Source: a virus (Duplodnaviria > Caudoviricetes). From it: 64,000 nt of DNA. A model generated the notes under the pieces. That model was not told the origin of the DNA, ran no database searches, and saw only the letters and a program-made list of their open reading frames with translations. Made by a program: the position numbers and the translations under genes. Below, in pieces: positions 1 through 9,130 of this stretch (its first letter is position 1; each line of letters starts with the position of its first letter). The DNA lies in the IMG/VR virus record IMGVR_UViG_3300021167_000382, positions 64,001 through 128,000 of that record. The stretch is one strand, 5' to 3'.

Positions 1-1731
1 GATGTGATCCGGCGCCGGCGTACCGGTACGGAGTGCATCGATAGACAGCGGGGTATTGATCAGGGTGTTGAGGTGCATTGCCTGGAGTGCCTGGGACAGT
101 GCGGTGATGGTTTCGGCCGAGAAGGTACAACGCATGGCGTAACCGGTGATCTTGCACTGTTCCTTCAGCACGTGACTGATGATGCCTTCACGCTTGGCCA
201 GATTGGTGATCGGGCCAGAGTTCGGGCGAGGAACGAAGGTGTCGTTGTAGACGTGAATGTTTTCCGGGTTGTTCTTGAAAGCATTGCAGATGAAGGTCAG
301 ATCCACATCGCGAATGTCGCGCTTCTGCTTGTCAGCAGCGATGTAGTAACCGAGCGGCACACGCGTGGCGTTCGAGAACAGGGAGGCATTGGCCTGGAAG
401 AACTTGCTGAAGTTACCGGCGGTCAGCTCATCGAAAGCTTCCTTGACGGCAGCGATCGCGTTGGCATCGTTCATGGCAGCGGCAGCAAAGACATTCAAGT
501 ACCAGGATTGCGGGGTGCTTTCCGGGCAGTCGATCGAGACCACGGTACCAGGACGGAACAGCTTGCCGATGAACTGGTTGAACTTGCCCAGGTCATTGGC
601 CATTTCAGCGGTATCAACCACGGAACCCCACGGACCATTGGCCGTTTCGTTACCGACGTTGCAGATGGTGTTCAGAGCACCGATTTCAGTCATGTCATTC
701 GAAGCGCTGAAGGATTTCGGAATCAGCGACTGCACCCAGTTGTTGTTGTCGGCAACCAGGAGAACGGACGACAGGGCCAGAGCGACGGCGGACGGCGATT
801 GAGCGAACGGGGTATGGACACCAGTGATAACGTATTCAGCAACCAGCTTGCCAACAGGGATCTGCTGCTGCGGATTGATGTAACCGAAACCAGCGATACC
901 TTGATTGGCCGGCGCCCAGATCGGATTCACGAAACCAGAGACATCACAGATCTTGACAGTATCGCTAGCGGCATTGACCACGGACAGATCACCAACAGTG
1001 CGACCCTTCTTGCGAGCTGAGATGGAAACCGAGATCGACGAACGCTGCGGATTGCCGACGGCATCGTAGTTGCAGCCGCTACCAGTGGTCATGTCCAGAA
1101 CCATCATGGTGTCACGGGAGATGGTATCCAGGCTAACCGGCACAGCGCGGTTCAGTACGACTTGCAGGCAAGAAGCACCAGCCACAGCGGCATTGCGAAC
1201 GACGGCGGTCACGTGATCGAGATTGACGGCATCGATAGAAGTCGGCACCACGGTGGCAGCAACGCTGTAGACGGCCATGTTCGGGAAGGTTTCCTGAACG
1301 GCGCGTTCACAGAGTTCAGCCAGGGCAGTATCGTTGGCATCGCCGGTCACCAAATTGATACGAACTTGCTGGTTGTCGATGGAACGCATTTCCGGCTTGA
1401 GTTCTTCACCGGTGGATTCCAGGAGCAGCGTATGGTAGGCGACGACGTCCGGCTGATCTTCCAGTTGGAAGGCCAGGACCATGGCAGAGAAACGCAGGTT
1501 ATCGTATTCCTGACGGGACAGCGGGATGATAGTCATGGACAGGCCACGGAGCAGATCGGAAGCGATCTTGGTCACGGACTCACGGAAGCGAGTGAAGTAC
1601 TCACCACCAACGCCTTGAGCAACCAGGCCGCCGGACAGGCCGCGGAGCGTCGTGAAGAAATCACCACCGATGATTTGCTCGCCTTGGGCGAAGTTCGGCT
1701 TTTGGGATTCGTTTTGGTTCTGAATCGTCAT
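1..1731 (-). CDS. chmA: Chimallin, major phage nuclear shell protein (phiKZ gp54 / 201phi2-1 gp105 family); C-terminus runs off the window
   Basis: Manual translation gives a 577-codon open frame from ATG 1731 (RBS GAGGT) to position 1. Motifs YDAVGNPQRSSISV, EIGALN, GNFSKFF, KRDIRDVD and ITGYAMRCTFSAETITAL match recalled chimallin motifs (HDTVGNPIRAD, DIGALG, GGFERFF, KRDRRDLD, YTGKAERCTYNAKFIEAL). Missing from the ORF track because there is no stop in the window. Confidence 0.93.
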   Translation of the reverse strand, partial: MTIQNQNESQKPNFAQGEQIIGGDFFTTLRGLSGGLVAQGVGGEYFTRFRESVTKIASDLLRGLSMTIIPLSRQEYDNLRFSAMVLAFQLEDQPDVVAYHTLLLESTGEELKPEMRSIDNQQVRINLVTGDANDTALAELCERAVQETFPNMAVYSVAATVVPTSIDAVNLDHVTAVVRNAAVAGASCLQVVLNRAVPVSLDTISRDTMMVLDMTTGSGCNYDAVGNPQRSSISVSISARKKGRTVGDLSVVNAASDTVKICDVSGFVNPIWAPANQGIAGFGYINPQQQIPVGKLVAEYVITGVHTPFAQSPSAVALALSSVLLVADNNNWVQSLIPKSFSASNDMTEIGALNTICNVGNETANGPWGSVVDTAEMANDLGKFNQFIGKLFRPGTVVSIDCPESTPQSWYLNVFAAAAMNDANAIAAVKEAFDELTAGNFSKFFQANASLFSNATRVPLGYYIAADKQKRDIRDVDLTFICNAFKNNPENIHVYNDTFVPRPNSGPITNLAKREGIISHVLKEQCKITGYAMRCTFSAETITALSQALQAMHLNTLINTPLSIDALRTGTPAPDHI

Positions 1732-1843
1732 TTCGAAATACCTCTTATTTTACAGTGCGTCTGTGCACAGAACACGCTGTTTTGTTTAGGAAGGATGGTG
1801 TCCTAAACTAACACCTGCAGGAGTTTTTGTCCAGCTCCTCACC

Positions 1844-1860
1844 TAAGATATACATGGCTC
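1844..1860 (-). promoter_or_regulatory. Putative early (vRNAP) promoter, copy 1, upstream of chmA
   Basis: + strand TAAGATATACATGG; core ATATACATG at 1848-1856; one of 8 copies, each upstream of a minus-strand start codon. Confidence 0.7.
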
Positions 1861-2052
1861 AGCATACCTTAGAAACAGGATTGGGTGTCTACCCCTGGAA
1901 CAGCTGAAAAGGGATTGTAACGGGTGTCGATAAAACCCTTCGGGAGATGATCTCACCGAAGTGTGACCTCTCTACTACATTATCAATTCTCCAAGATAAA
2001 AAATATATCATCACCAGGTTCCGGAATTGAATGACTCCCGTAAGGATTAATC

Positions 2053-3129
2053 ATGTATGATCTTTTCTCTAAACCAAGGCGTGTTTATTCTGGACTTCTA
2101 TCTGACTTTGTCCTGAAGAACGTTGAGGCTCGAACACTTGAAGATGTTAACAGGGTCATCGAATACCATCGGTATGGTAGTTTTTTTGTACCTAATACCC
2201 ACCTCTTGGTTCGACTGATCAACACGGTCTCAACGCCGCTTGCGTATGAGCTGAACCATTACTACGAAGTAACGATAGCTCGGTCGCTGTATGCGGCTAA
2301 TGCTTTGAAGCTGATATCCAGTATCAACTATGGTCAATGGCATGTAGGAGAGTTCTATTTTAACTGTCCTGAGCTAATCATCGCTTACAATGGCAGCGAT
2401 AGCCCACAAGAACTTGCTAGAGGCTGGATGGACCTTCAACCGGTTCGCGTATTGGAATGTCCTGTGTCCAATATGAACTACCTTCTTCCGAATGGTGTCA
2501 ATCATTCTAGTGAACGCGGCTTGGTGGTGATTGCGATTGATCTACCGATGCTGATGATTCAGTACCGATGCTTCATGGAACAACAGTCTGCTAAGGCCGC
2601 TAAAGGTCTGGATAACGTCGACACCACCAAACACTTCGTTGCAAAGTATGTACTTCCGAATATGCTGAGGAGTCAGACGGATCTAGCACTCTTCAATCGA
2701 CTCTATAATCTTGAGATGGGTGCGCCGATGGGTATCGCTACCAAACGCCATCCTTTCCATATTTCAGACTACACTGATCAACTTGACAAGAACCTGATGC
2801 TTTTCGCAGATCGAATCCGGAATACAGGACGAGATTATGAGAACTATCTGGAACAACTTCCGCGGTTCTTCAGTGTCAACCCTTTATCAATTCCGGATAT
2901 TCTTGAAACACGTCAGGTCTGGTGGGCTCTGTTCTTAGCTAGAAAACGCCAGATGGAGTTCTTGATTGAGGTCGGTGGTGCTAAAGGTATTCAGATGAAC
3001 CGAGCTGAGCTGAATGTTCTAAAAAGAATAGTGAAGCAGTTCAAATCTGATCGAATCTATGAAAAGGTGCTTCCGGATGGTATGAAGCTAGACATGGATT
3101 ACTTCTTCAAACGTGTTAATGAAATTTAG
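2053..3129 (+). CDS. Conserved phiKZ-like protein divergent from chmA (gp52/53 region; probable virion or core protein)
   Basis: 358-aa ORF, RBS AAGGA, core-block synteny. Confidence 0.65.
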   Translation: MYDLFSKPRRVYSGLLSDFVLKNVEARTLEDVNRVIEYHRYGSFFVPNTHLLVRLINTVSTPLAYELNHYYEVTIARSLYAANALKLISSINYGQWHVGEFYFNCPELIIAYNGSDSPQELARGWMDLQPVRVLECPVSNMNYLLPNGVNHSSERGLVVIAIDLPMLMIQYRCFMEQQSAKAAKGLDNVDTTKHFVAKYVLPNMLRSQTDLALFNRLYNLEMGAPMGIATKRHPFHISDYTDQLDKNLMLFADRIRNTGRDYENYLEQLPRFFSVNPLSIPDILETRQVWWALFLARKRQMEFLIEVGGAKGIQMNRAELNVLKRIVKQFKSDRIYEKVLPDGMKLDMDYFFKRVNEI

Positions 3130-3138
3130 GAGCTCATC

Positions 3139-3960
3139 TTGGATCTGATTACCAAAGCTATCCAGGACGTGAAGTATGCCATTCCAAGAGAAATCTTGAG
3201 AATGGCATACCTTGAAGACCGAGTTGGTCAGTACGTCCCGGCACCTACCAGTCTTGAAAGCGCTATTCGAGATAAAACTATTCTCCCCAGAGTCGTTGTC
3301 GATACCGATATCGTCGGTGGACAAACGATCATTATTGACCTAGGTGGCCTGACACCTAAGATTATTGATGATCATAACTTCATCTTCGAGATCCCTTCGG
3401 AACGAACCGATAACAGAACGATCATCTCTGTACTAGCGGTGAACTATTTCCGTAGTGAGAATATCCCTGCTGGAAACTACAACAATGCCCCTGGAATCTC
3501 TCCGATGGCGGGCAGTGAACTCAGTACGAGCGCACAGCGTGCGATGAATAGCCGTGGTAGCATTCCGTTGGTTTCTACGGCTGAATGTATCGTCGTTGGT
3601 CATAATGTAATCATGATTCGGAATCATCTTCGTACAGCGGCTATGACGCAGTTGCGGTGTCGTGTAGAGAATGATCAGAACTTGGCAAACCTTCCTATCA
3701 CGGTAGCACCGATCTTTTCGAAGCTCTGTACCTTCGCAGTCAAGGCATTTGTTTACAATGAACTGATTGTCAAATTGGACCGAGGTCGTATTGACCGTGG
3801 TCATGAACTAGGTTCGATCAAGAATATCATCGATGGTTACTCTGACTCTGAAGAAAACTATCGTACTTGTCGTGATGAAGAATGGGGTGCTGTGGCGACG
3901 ATGTGCGATACCAACGTCTACCATGATCTTCTTAAGATGTCCATTAATCCTGGCATATAA
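3139..3960 (+). CDS. Conserved phiKZ-like core protein of unknown function
   Basis: 273-aa ORF, TTG start with AGGAG RBS, followed by a hairpin. Confidence 0.65.
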   Translation: MDLITKAIQDVKYAIPREILRMAYLEDRVGQYVPAPTSLESAIRDKTILPRVVVDTDIVGGQTIIIDLGGLTPKIIDDHNFIFEIPSERTDNRTIISVLAVNYFRSENIPAGNYNNAPGISPMAGSELSTSAQRAMNSRGSIPLVSTAECIVVGHNVIMIRNHLRTAAMTQLRCRVENDQNLANLPITVAPIFSKLCTFAVKAFVYNELIVKLDRGRIDRGHELGSIKNIIDGYSDSEENYRTCRDEEWGAVATMCDTNVYHDLLKMSINPGI

Positions 3961-3967
3961 AGCTAAC

Positions 3968-4001
3968 CACAGACAAGGAGGCAACTGCCTCCTTGTCTGT
4001 G
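3968..4001. terminator. Bidirectional hairpin terminator
   Basis: CACAGACAAGGAGGCA-AC-TGCCTCCTTGTCTGTG between convergent genes. Confidence 0.8.
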
Positions 4002-4021
4002 ACTGATCGTTATGACTTACA

Positions 4022-4339
4022 TTAATCCGGAAACTTACAAAATGGGCTATTTAACCCTGAACGGTTCGTCAGTTCCATGACTTCCGCGCCGTATTCAGGA
4101 TCATCCTTACTGGCAGCTTCCGCATAAGCTTGAATCGCTGGTTTAGCGTATAGATCCTTCAATTTCATTAGCCAGAATTCATCGTCTTCACCCACACGAC
4201 CAAATTCAACGCATTCTGGATTTTTCAAAATCGCATCGGCGACTTCCATCGGTGTTCTTGGTGTTCCTTCTACCTTACGAAGGTTGATAACGATATATTT
4301 ACCAAGTCCTTCATGACTGTTGTTACGATCAAGTTTCAT
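4022..4339 (-). CDS. Hypothetical protein, paralog of 4732-5073
   Basis: Shared motifs DEF..M.L.D.....A...YA and C-terminal RSG..S.F.K.PD. Confidence 0.75.
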   Translation of the reverse strand: MKLDRNNSHEGLGKYIVINLRKVEGTPRTPMEVADAILKNPECVEFGRVGEDDEFWLMKLKDLYAKPAIQAYAEAASKDDPEYGAEVMELTNRSGLNSPFCKFPD

Positions 4340-4365
4340 ACAGACCTTTCTTTGTTAGAGCCGTT

Positions 4366-4722
4366 TTACAGGATCACCTGACGCTTACCGATGGTCGCTA
4401 GGTAGTTACAGACTTGTCGCTTTAATAGAGCTTCTTCAGCGACTGAATAATGGTAACGTAAGATATGAGATCCGTATAAGCGCCATGTGGCTTTTCCAGA
4501 TTCATCGAAGTAGTCCGTAATCTCTTCAACCGTATTGCGGGATGGTTCATAGAACTTAACGAGTTCTGCGAATTCTTCACTCGTCAGTGTTCTAGTAGGG
4601 AAAATAGTTGTTCTGTGGGGATCTGTAGAAGTATCGAAGACCGTTGAGACTTTATCTACTATTTTCAAGTTGTAATACCACGCAAGGTAAACTTCAAGCG
4701 TATGATCGATGATAACGCCCAT
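4366..4722 (-). CDS. Hypothetical protein
   Basis: 118-aa ORF packed in the operon, RBS AGGA. Confidence 0.65.
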   Translation of the reverse strand: MGVIIDHTLEVYLAWYYNLKIVDKVSTVFDTSTDPHRTTIFPTRTLTSEEFAELVKFYEPSRNTVEEITDYFDESGKATWRLYGSHILRYHYSVAEEALLKRQVCNYLATIGKRQVIL

Positions 4723-4731
4723 AGTAGTTTC

Positions 4732-5073
4732 CTAATCCGGACGCTTGACGAACTTGCTAAGAAAACCCGATCGTTCAGCTAATGCCTGGACGGCAGTAGC
4801 GAGCTTCTGTTGACCAATTAGCACAGCAGAACGTGCATAGCCGATTAAGGCCTTGTGACTGTTGACATCACGAAGCATCGTTACGAAGAATTCATCTTCT
4901 GATCCAGCTTGATAAAAGATGACAGCTTCAGGGTGCTTCGTAATCAAACGAGTCAGTTCATGCGTATTCTTAGGCACTGGTTCATTGAATGCTTTAAAGA
5001 TCTCTGTCTTGATCAAGATATATTTATCCGGATCAAATTCAGGATCAAGAGTTGTTACTTTGATTTCCATCAT
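4732..5073 (-). CDS. Hypothetical protein, paralog of 4022-4339
   Basis: Shared motifs as above; RBS AAAGGA. Confidence 0.75.
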   Translation of the reverse strand: MMEIKVTTLDPEFDPDKYILIKTEIFKAFNEPVPKNTHELTRLITKHPEAVIFYQAGSEDEFFVTMLRDVNSHKALIGYARSAVLIGQQKLATAVQALAERSGFLSKFVKRPD

Positions 5074-5155
5074 TATTCCTTTATTGTCCGATTCCCTATT
5101 CAGAGGATCTTCAGTTCAAAAAAGAAAACGCCTTGGGCGCTTTCTTTCGGTTCAG

Positions 5156-5275
5156 CTAGGCAATCGCTGCTAAGATAGCAACAATCATAATGCCGATGGC
5201 CATACCAATTCGGATAGCGCCGGTGTTAACCGGCGCGAGCATCTTAGGCTTACTGGGACTAATAACGTTATACAT
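5156..5275 (-). CDS. Small single-TM peptide, 39 aa (MYNVISPSKPKMLAPVNTGAIRIGMAIGIMIVAILAAIA)
   Basis: Manual translation; RBS AGGAG in leader CTAGGAGATTCAAAATG, identical to the leader of the gene starting at 32257; hydrophobic C-terminus. Confidence 0.65.
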   Translation of the reverse strand: MYNVISPSKPKMLAPVNTGAIRIGMAIGIMIVAILAAIA

Positions 5276-5285
5276 TTTGAATCTC

Positions 5286-5585
5286 CTAGTGATAAGCGAG
5301 TGCACTTGAGTAATACCGTACCGCGAGTTCTTCATCAGAAAGAGAAGCCAGAAGCTCCTCGGTGATAAGTATTACGATACGGCGGTGACCGTTGACGGTT
5401 ATTTTGTCACAAAGAAAACCACCGAAAGACGTAAGGCTGTCATAGAACATCCAAGACTTCTCGATGACAACCAGATCAATCCCTGTTCTTGGATCAGGCT
5501 GATAAACCTTCCGATGAGGGAATTCCTGAGCACACGTCTTCAAGAAACTAAAACGAAAGGAAGCTTCGGTTTGTGGAGTGGTCAT
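5286..5585 (-). CDS. Hypothetical protein, possible truncated zincin (M48-like) remnant
   Basis: ILITEELLASLSDEELAV resembles the segment preceding HEXXH in M48 peptidases, but HEXXH is absent. Confidence 0.55.
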   Translation of the reverse strand: MTTPQTEASFRFSFLKTCAQEFPHRKVYQPDPRTGIDLVVIEKSWMFYDSLTSFGGFLCDKITVNGHRRIVILITEELLASLSDEELAVRYYSSALAYH

Positions 5586-5592
5586 GATGATC

Positions 5593-5685
5593 CTAAACGA
5601 GTAGCCAGATAACTAGCACAGTCAAACCGATAATTACTTCAACTCGGTGAGATTGGCCATTTGAAAAACGGGAATCGAGTTCCAT
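5593..5685 (-). CDS. Small single-TM peptide, 30 aa (MELDSRFSNGQSHRVEVIIGLTVLVIWLLV)
   Basis: Manual translation; AGGAG RBS overlapping the upstream stop; hydrophobic tail. Confidence 0.55.
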   Translation of the reverse strand: MELDSRFSNGQSHRVEVIIGLTVLVIWLLV

Positions 5686-5695
5686 AGTGGATCTC

Positions 5696-6313
5696 CTAGT
5701 AGCCTTCGGTATACTTAAGAAGTTCTTGATAACGCAACGTGGATCGGATCTGAGCCATTGTGTCAGCTTCGACCTCTTCTACGCTAGCAGTACTGATGCC
5801 AAGTTGAACAGCGATAACAGCCCGTGCCTTAACTACTGCGTTAAGTGCTGCAAGAACACGATGGTAGCCTACGAAAGAAGCAGCATATGCATCCGCTTCA
5901 ATTTCCATCGCTTCTTCAGACAGGAACTTACATGAAGTCGACTCGAATGTTATGCATTCAGCCAGTCCTTCTAGTGCGGTTTTCACATGGCCATGAACTA
6001 CATGTCCAAGTTCATGCATAAAAATAGCTTCACTGTTTTCTCTGGACAGCAAGTGGTCAATGTCAGTCATGACCGTAACGCTATGACCTACTTTAGCGGT
6101 TTCGATTGCCGCAAGTGCTTGGTCATCGCCAGCATAGATAACTTTGACTGCGTCAAGATGCTCTTGCGTGGTGTATGATGTTGCAAAGCCGCAAGAGTAG
6201 ACCAATGGCAATGCTGCTTTATGGCCGTATAGATCGCTCATTTCCTTAAAGGAAACTAGAGATACCGTGATCTGTTCGCCGGTACTGTTGATTTTGAATT
6301 CGAAATCTTTCAT
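5696..6313 (-). CDS. Zincin metallopeptidase (M48/M56-like)
   Basis: FMHELGHVVHGH (HEXXH) and downstream EIEADAYA third-ligand motif. Confidence 0.75.
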   Translation of the reverse strand: MKDFEFKINSTGEQITVSLVSFKEMSDLYGHKAALPLVYSCGFATSYTTQEHLDAVKVIYAGDDQALAAIETAKVGHSVTVMTDIDHLLSRENSEAIFMHELGHVVHGHVKTALEGLAECITFESTSCKFLSEEAMEIEADAYAASFVGYHRVLAALNAVVKARAVIAVQLGISTASVEEVEADTMAQIRSTLRYQELLKYTEGY

Positions 6314-6365
6314 TTTAAATCTCCTAGTAATTCATGGGTGGGATATTAACATATCCAGGGACACT

Positions 6366-6385
6366 TTAAATATACATGAGTGAGA
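6366..6385 (-). promoter_or_regulatory. Putative early promoter, copy 2
   Basis: Core ATATACATG at 6370-6378, ~57 bp upstream of the ATG at 6313. Confidence 0.72.
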
Positions 6386-6404
6386 TTTTTTAGATGCGTA
6401 AGAA

Positions 6405-6434
6405 GAGCCCAGGAGCCAAAAGGCTCCTGGGCTC
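6405..6434 (-). terminator. Hairpin terminator after the DNA polymerase operon
   Basis: GAGCCCAGGAGCC-loop-GGCTCCTGGGCTC. Confidence 0.75.
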
Positions 6435-6642
6435 GATAGTGCTTGGGTGTTGTTATGACTAATGGCAAAGCGAGCAAAGTGGGTGTAAAGACCCTACGTG
6501 GGAAGGAAACGCAGAATTGGGCGTATCGAATTCTTCTCAGGTTAAATGTACATTTTGGTTGTTAAACTGGCAAACTGGTACAACTTCAAGACTTGGGTGT
6601 TGAATGCGGTTAGGTAATTTTGATCTCGGATGAAGACAGCTG

Positions 6643-6855
6643 TCATGTCCGATGGCGGATGTTGAATATCGCTTCATCTCCGCACTCAGTACATCTGAAG
6701 ACGCCTGTCTTAGGAAAACGATCAGGATGCTTCGGATGTACTGTTTGGTTTTGTTCACCCACATGTCTGAGAAATCGATATACGTGAACCAGTCCACGTC
6801 GTTTACAGTTGTGGATAAGGTTCTTTTTTAACTTCTTGGTTGACAGTGGTGTCAT
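6643..6855 (-). CDS. Small basic protein with CxxC (possible Zn ribbon)
   Basis: ATG 6855 with RBS AAGGA; FRCTECGD. Confidence 0.55.
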   Translation of the reverse strand: MTPLSTKKLKKNLIHNCKRRGLVHVYRFLRHVGEQNQTVHPKHPDRFPKTGVFRCTECGDEAIFNIRHRT

Positions 6856-6868
6856 GTGGGTTTCCTTG

Positions 6869-9046
6869 CTATACCTGGTGAATATTAGAGAACTGTTCAA
6901 CAAACATCATTTCCGCTTTCGAGAAGAATCCATGAGATTCCACAACGTTACGGAATGATCGGGTAAGTCCGAGAACAATTCGCTTTCGATCCAGGATCGG
7001 TTTAAGTTCTTCAGGAATACCGAAGTTAACGCAGTGTGCGATAGGAATATGGATCTGGGTCAAGACTCGGATGTTGTGATCCTCCATCCACTCTACGAAG
7101 TTCTTAGCAAAGGTTTGATCCGCTAAGCCATTCAACCATTCTGACGTATTCTTGGCAGAGGTAAGAATGATTGGGATGGTAACAGAAGTATAAGGCGGTG
7201 GTTCATAGTGGCCATATTTATCCGCAAAGCAGCGTTCCCAGCATGTATAATGACGGAAGTTTGTTTGGTCAATACTTTCACCTTTTGCATTCAACTTTAC
7301 CTCTCGATCTTTATACGACTCTTTGGATTTAATCTGAAGTCGTTTTAGGTAGGTAGTTTCACCACGTTCCAGTGAGTTAAGAATATCACGTTCGGCGTCC
7401 ATCGCTTTATTCAGAATGTTGTATAGTGAAAGCTTACCGCCAGCCATCACTTGACGAATGATCGCTTCCATGGCATTCGCAGCCCCTTGAATGATATTCT
7501 TAGGTACTGTAGAGTCCTTCATATGAACGCCTTTTACTTCCATCTTGATATCGGCGTAGACGTTACCTTCCTTCACCAACATGGCTGTGTAGTAATGCTT
7601 GGCAACGGATGTCTGAGCGAAGACCGGGAAAACGTACTCAGGTTTCATGGAAAGTGAATAGAGGCGACTCCGCTCAACGTTCATATTGGCTGAGAAATGG
7701 GCGAGAATATGTGCGATAGACTGTGTGGCCATGTACATCACTGCACCACCTACCGCAAAACCATCATCTCCAAAATCTAGCTTACCAAAATACCACTTCA
7801 CCCAACTGTCCACTGAGAACATGGTAGAGTCGGTATCCGACAGAACAACAGCACGCCGGATCATTTTTGGCATTGAAGCCATTGTCGGTGGGCTATTTTT
7901 TGTTAAGAAGAAAGCCTTTAGAAACGGCTTATAGTGATTAATAACATCGATAATGTTGGTAGCGGTGTTATAGAGAATACACTGTTCATCAGGCGTGAGC
8001 TTATCGTAATCCTTACCCTTACCCTTCAACATAGTGATGTTGATTTGGTGCGCATAGTTGACCACTAGCTCATCGGTCTTATAGAGCTTACTAACCACGT
8101 CTTCTACGGGCGTCGTATCGCCACGACGAGAAAGATCACTGATAAAACGATACATGAACTCTTGATTCAGTTCACGAAGATGATAAAGGTCGCCCGTATA
8201 GACAAATGCAACGCGTTCCAAAGGAAGCATCTTTTGAACCAGCAGCTCAATCTTCGCTAGTTTCCGTGTATCTCTAAAATAAAGATCAGAAGACCGTCGA
8301 ATACATGCCATGGTTTCTTCAACGGTTGGAATGGCGAGTCGATATTCATTAACAGCGAACTCAACTTCCTCATAATTCGTATTTATCGCAATCGATGCGA
8401 TATTATTAATAATCATGTCAGGGGAATAGTAATGACGATTCCCTTCAATAACTCGTTCATTACAAGCATTACTTAGAGAAGCAATAGACCGCGTCGTCGA
8501 AGTTAGCGTAGAGTGTGCTGAGGTATTTTGAATCACGCTACCATCGGCTACGAATCCACCTGACACTGAGTTATTATCTCGCTTTGCATTGTCTTGCGAG
8601 TTATTGAAATAACTATACTGATCCTTATTACCTTCTGCTTCAAATTTCTGAGCAGCTTTCTTATATCTTTTTCGAAGCGCCACGTTCTCGTCGAGATATT
8701 CCACGATGTTTGAACGTTTAACACTAGGGTGGAGGTAGACTGTACCAGTAGCGGCTAATACATGGCCGTTCTTAGTAATGTTATTGATATAGCCACGCAG
8801 TGGAGCAGATTGCTTATGACGGTCACCGTTATCACCACGATGGTAGAAGACAACCGATGGATCAACCATACCGACTTGGTTAGTGGTGACTTTCTTCTTT
8901 AAGTGTTCTAGACACGCTTCAAAAGACTTACCAGTAAGTCTTGAACCATACCAAGCAGTTTGTTCTGCCCAGTCTTTGATCGGATTAATCTCTCTGACAT
9001 AATGGTCAGTGGGAAGGAGGAATGGGTTTTCCAAAATCAACTCCAT
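6869..9046 (-). CDS. Family-B DNA polymerase, palm/fingers subunit of the split phiKZ-type enzyme (gp50-like)
   Basis: Motif B-like KRDNNSVSG, motif C VLSDTDSTMF, AKHYY and EVKGVH; no exonuclease or motif A region. Confidence 0.88.
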   Translation of the reverse strand: MELILENPFLLPTDHYVREINPIKDWAEQTAWYGSRLTGKSFEACLEHLKKKVTTNQVGMVDPSVVFYHRGDNGDRHKQSAPLRGYINNITKNGHVLAATGTVYLHPSVKRSNIVEYLDENVALRKRYKKAAQKFEAEGNKDQYSYFNNSQDNAKRDNNSVSGGFVADGSVIQNTSAHSTLTSTTRSIASLSNACNERVIEGNRHYYSPDMIINNIASIAINTNYEEVEFAVNEYRLAIPTVEETMACIRRSSDLYFRDTRKLAKIELLVQKMLPLERVAFVYTGDLYHLRELNQEFMYRFISDLSRRGDTTPVEDVVSKLYKTDELVVNYAHQINITMLKGKGKDYDKLTPDEQCILYNTATNIIDVINHYKPFLKAFFLTKNSPPTMASMPKMIRRAVVLSDTDSTMFSVDSWVKWYFGKLDFGDDGFAVGGAVMYMATQSIAHILAHFSANMNVERSRLYSLSMKPEYVFPVFAQTSVAKHYYTAMLVKEGNVYADIKMEVKGVHMKDSTVPKNIIQGAANAMEAIIRQVMAGGKLSLYNILNKAMDAERDILNSLERGETTYLKRLQIKSKESYKDREVKLNAKGESIDQTNFRHYTCWERCFADKYGHYEPPPYTSVTIPIILTSAKNTSEWLNGLADQTFAKNFVEWMEDHNIRVLTQIHIPIAHCVNFGIPEELKPILDRKRIVLGLTRSFRNVVESHGFFSKAEMMFVEQFSNIHQV

Positions 9047-9101
9047 GTTTCATTCTAGGGACTACACTATCCCTCTTTAAAATCAAAAAAGATAGACGAG
9101 A

Positions 9102-9130
9102 AGACAGCCTGGGGAATCCCCAGGCTGTCT
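9102..9130 (-). terminator. Hairpin (terminator or processing site)
   Basis: AGACAGCCTGGGGA-A-TCCCCAGGCTGTCT. Confidence 0.7.

Noticed and set aside
4-1806. + strand ORFs 4-1020, 365-802 and 1162-1806
   Set aside because: Antisense shadows of the codon-biased chimallin gene; no motifs of their own
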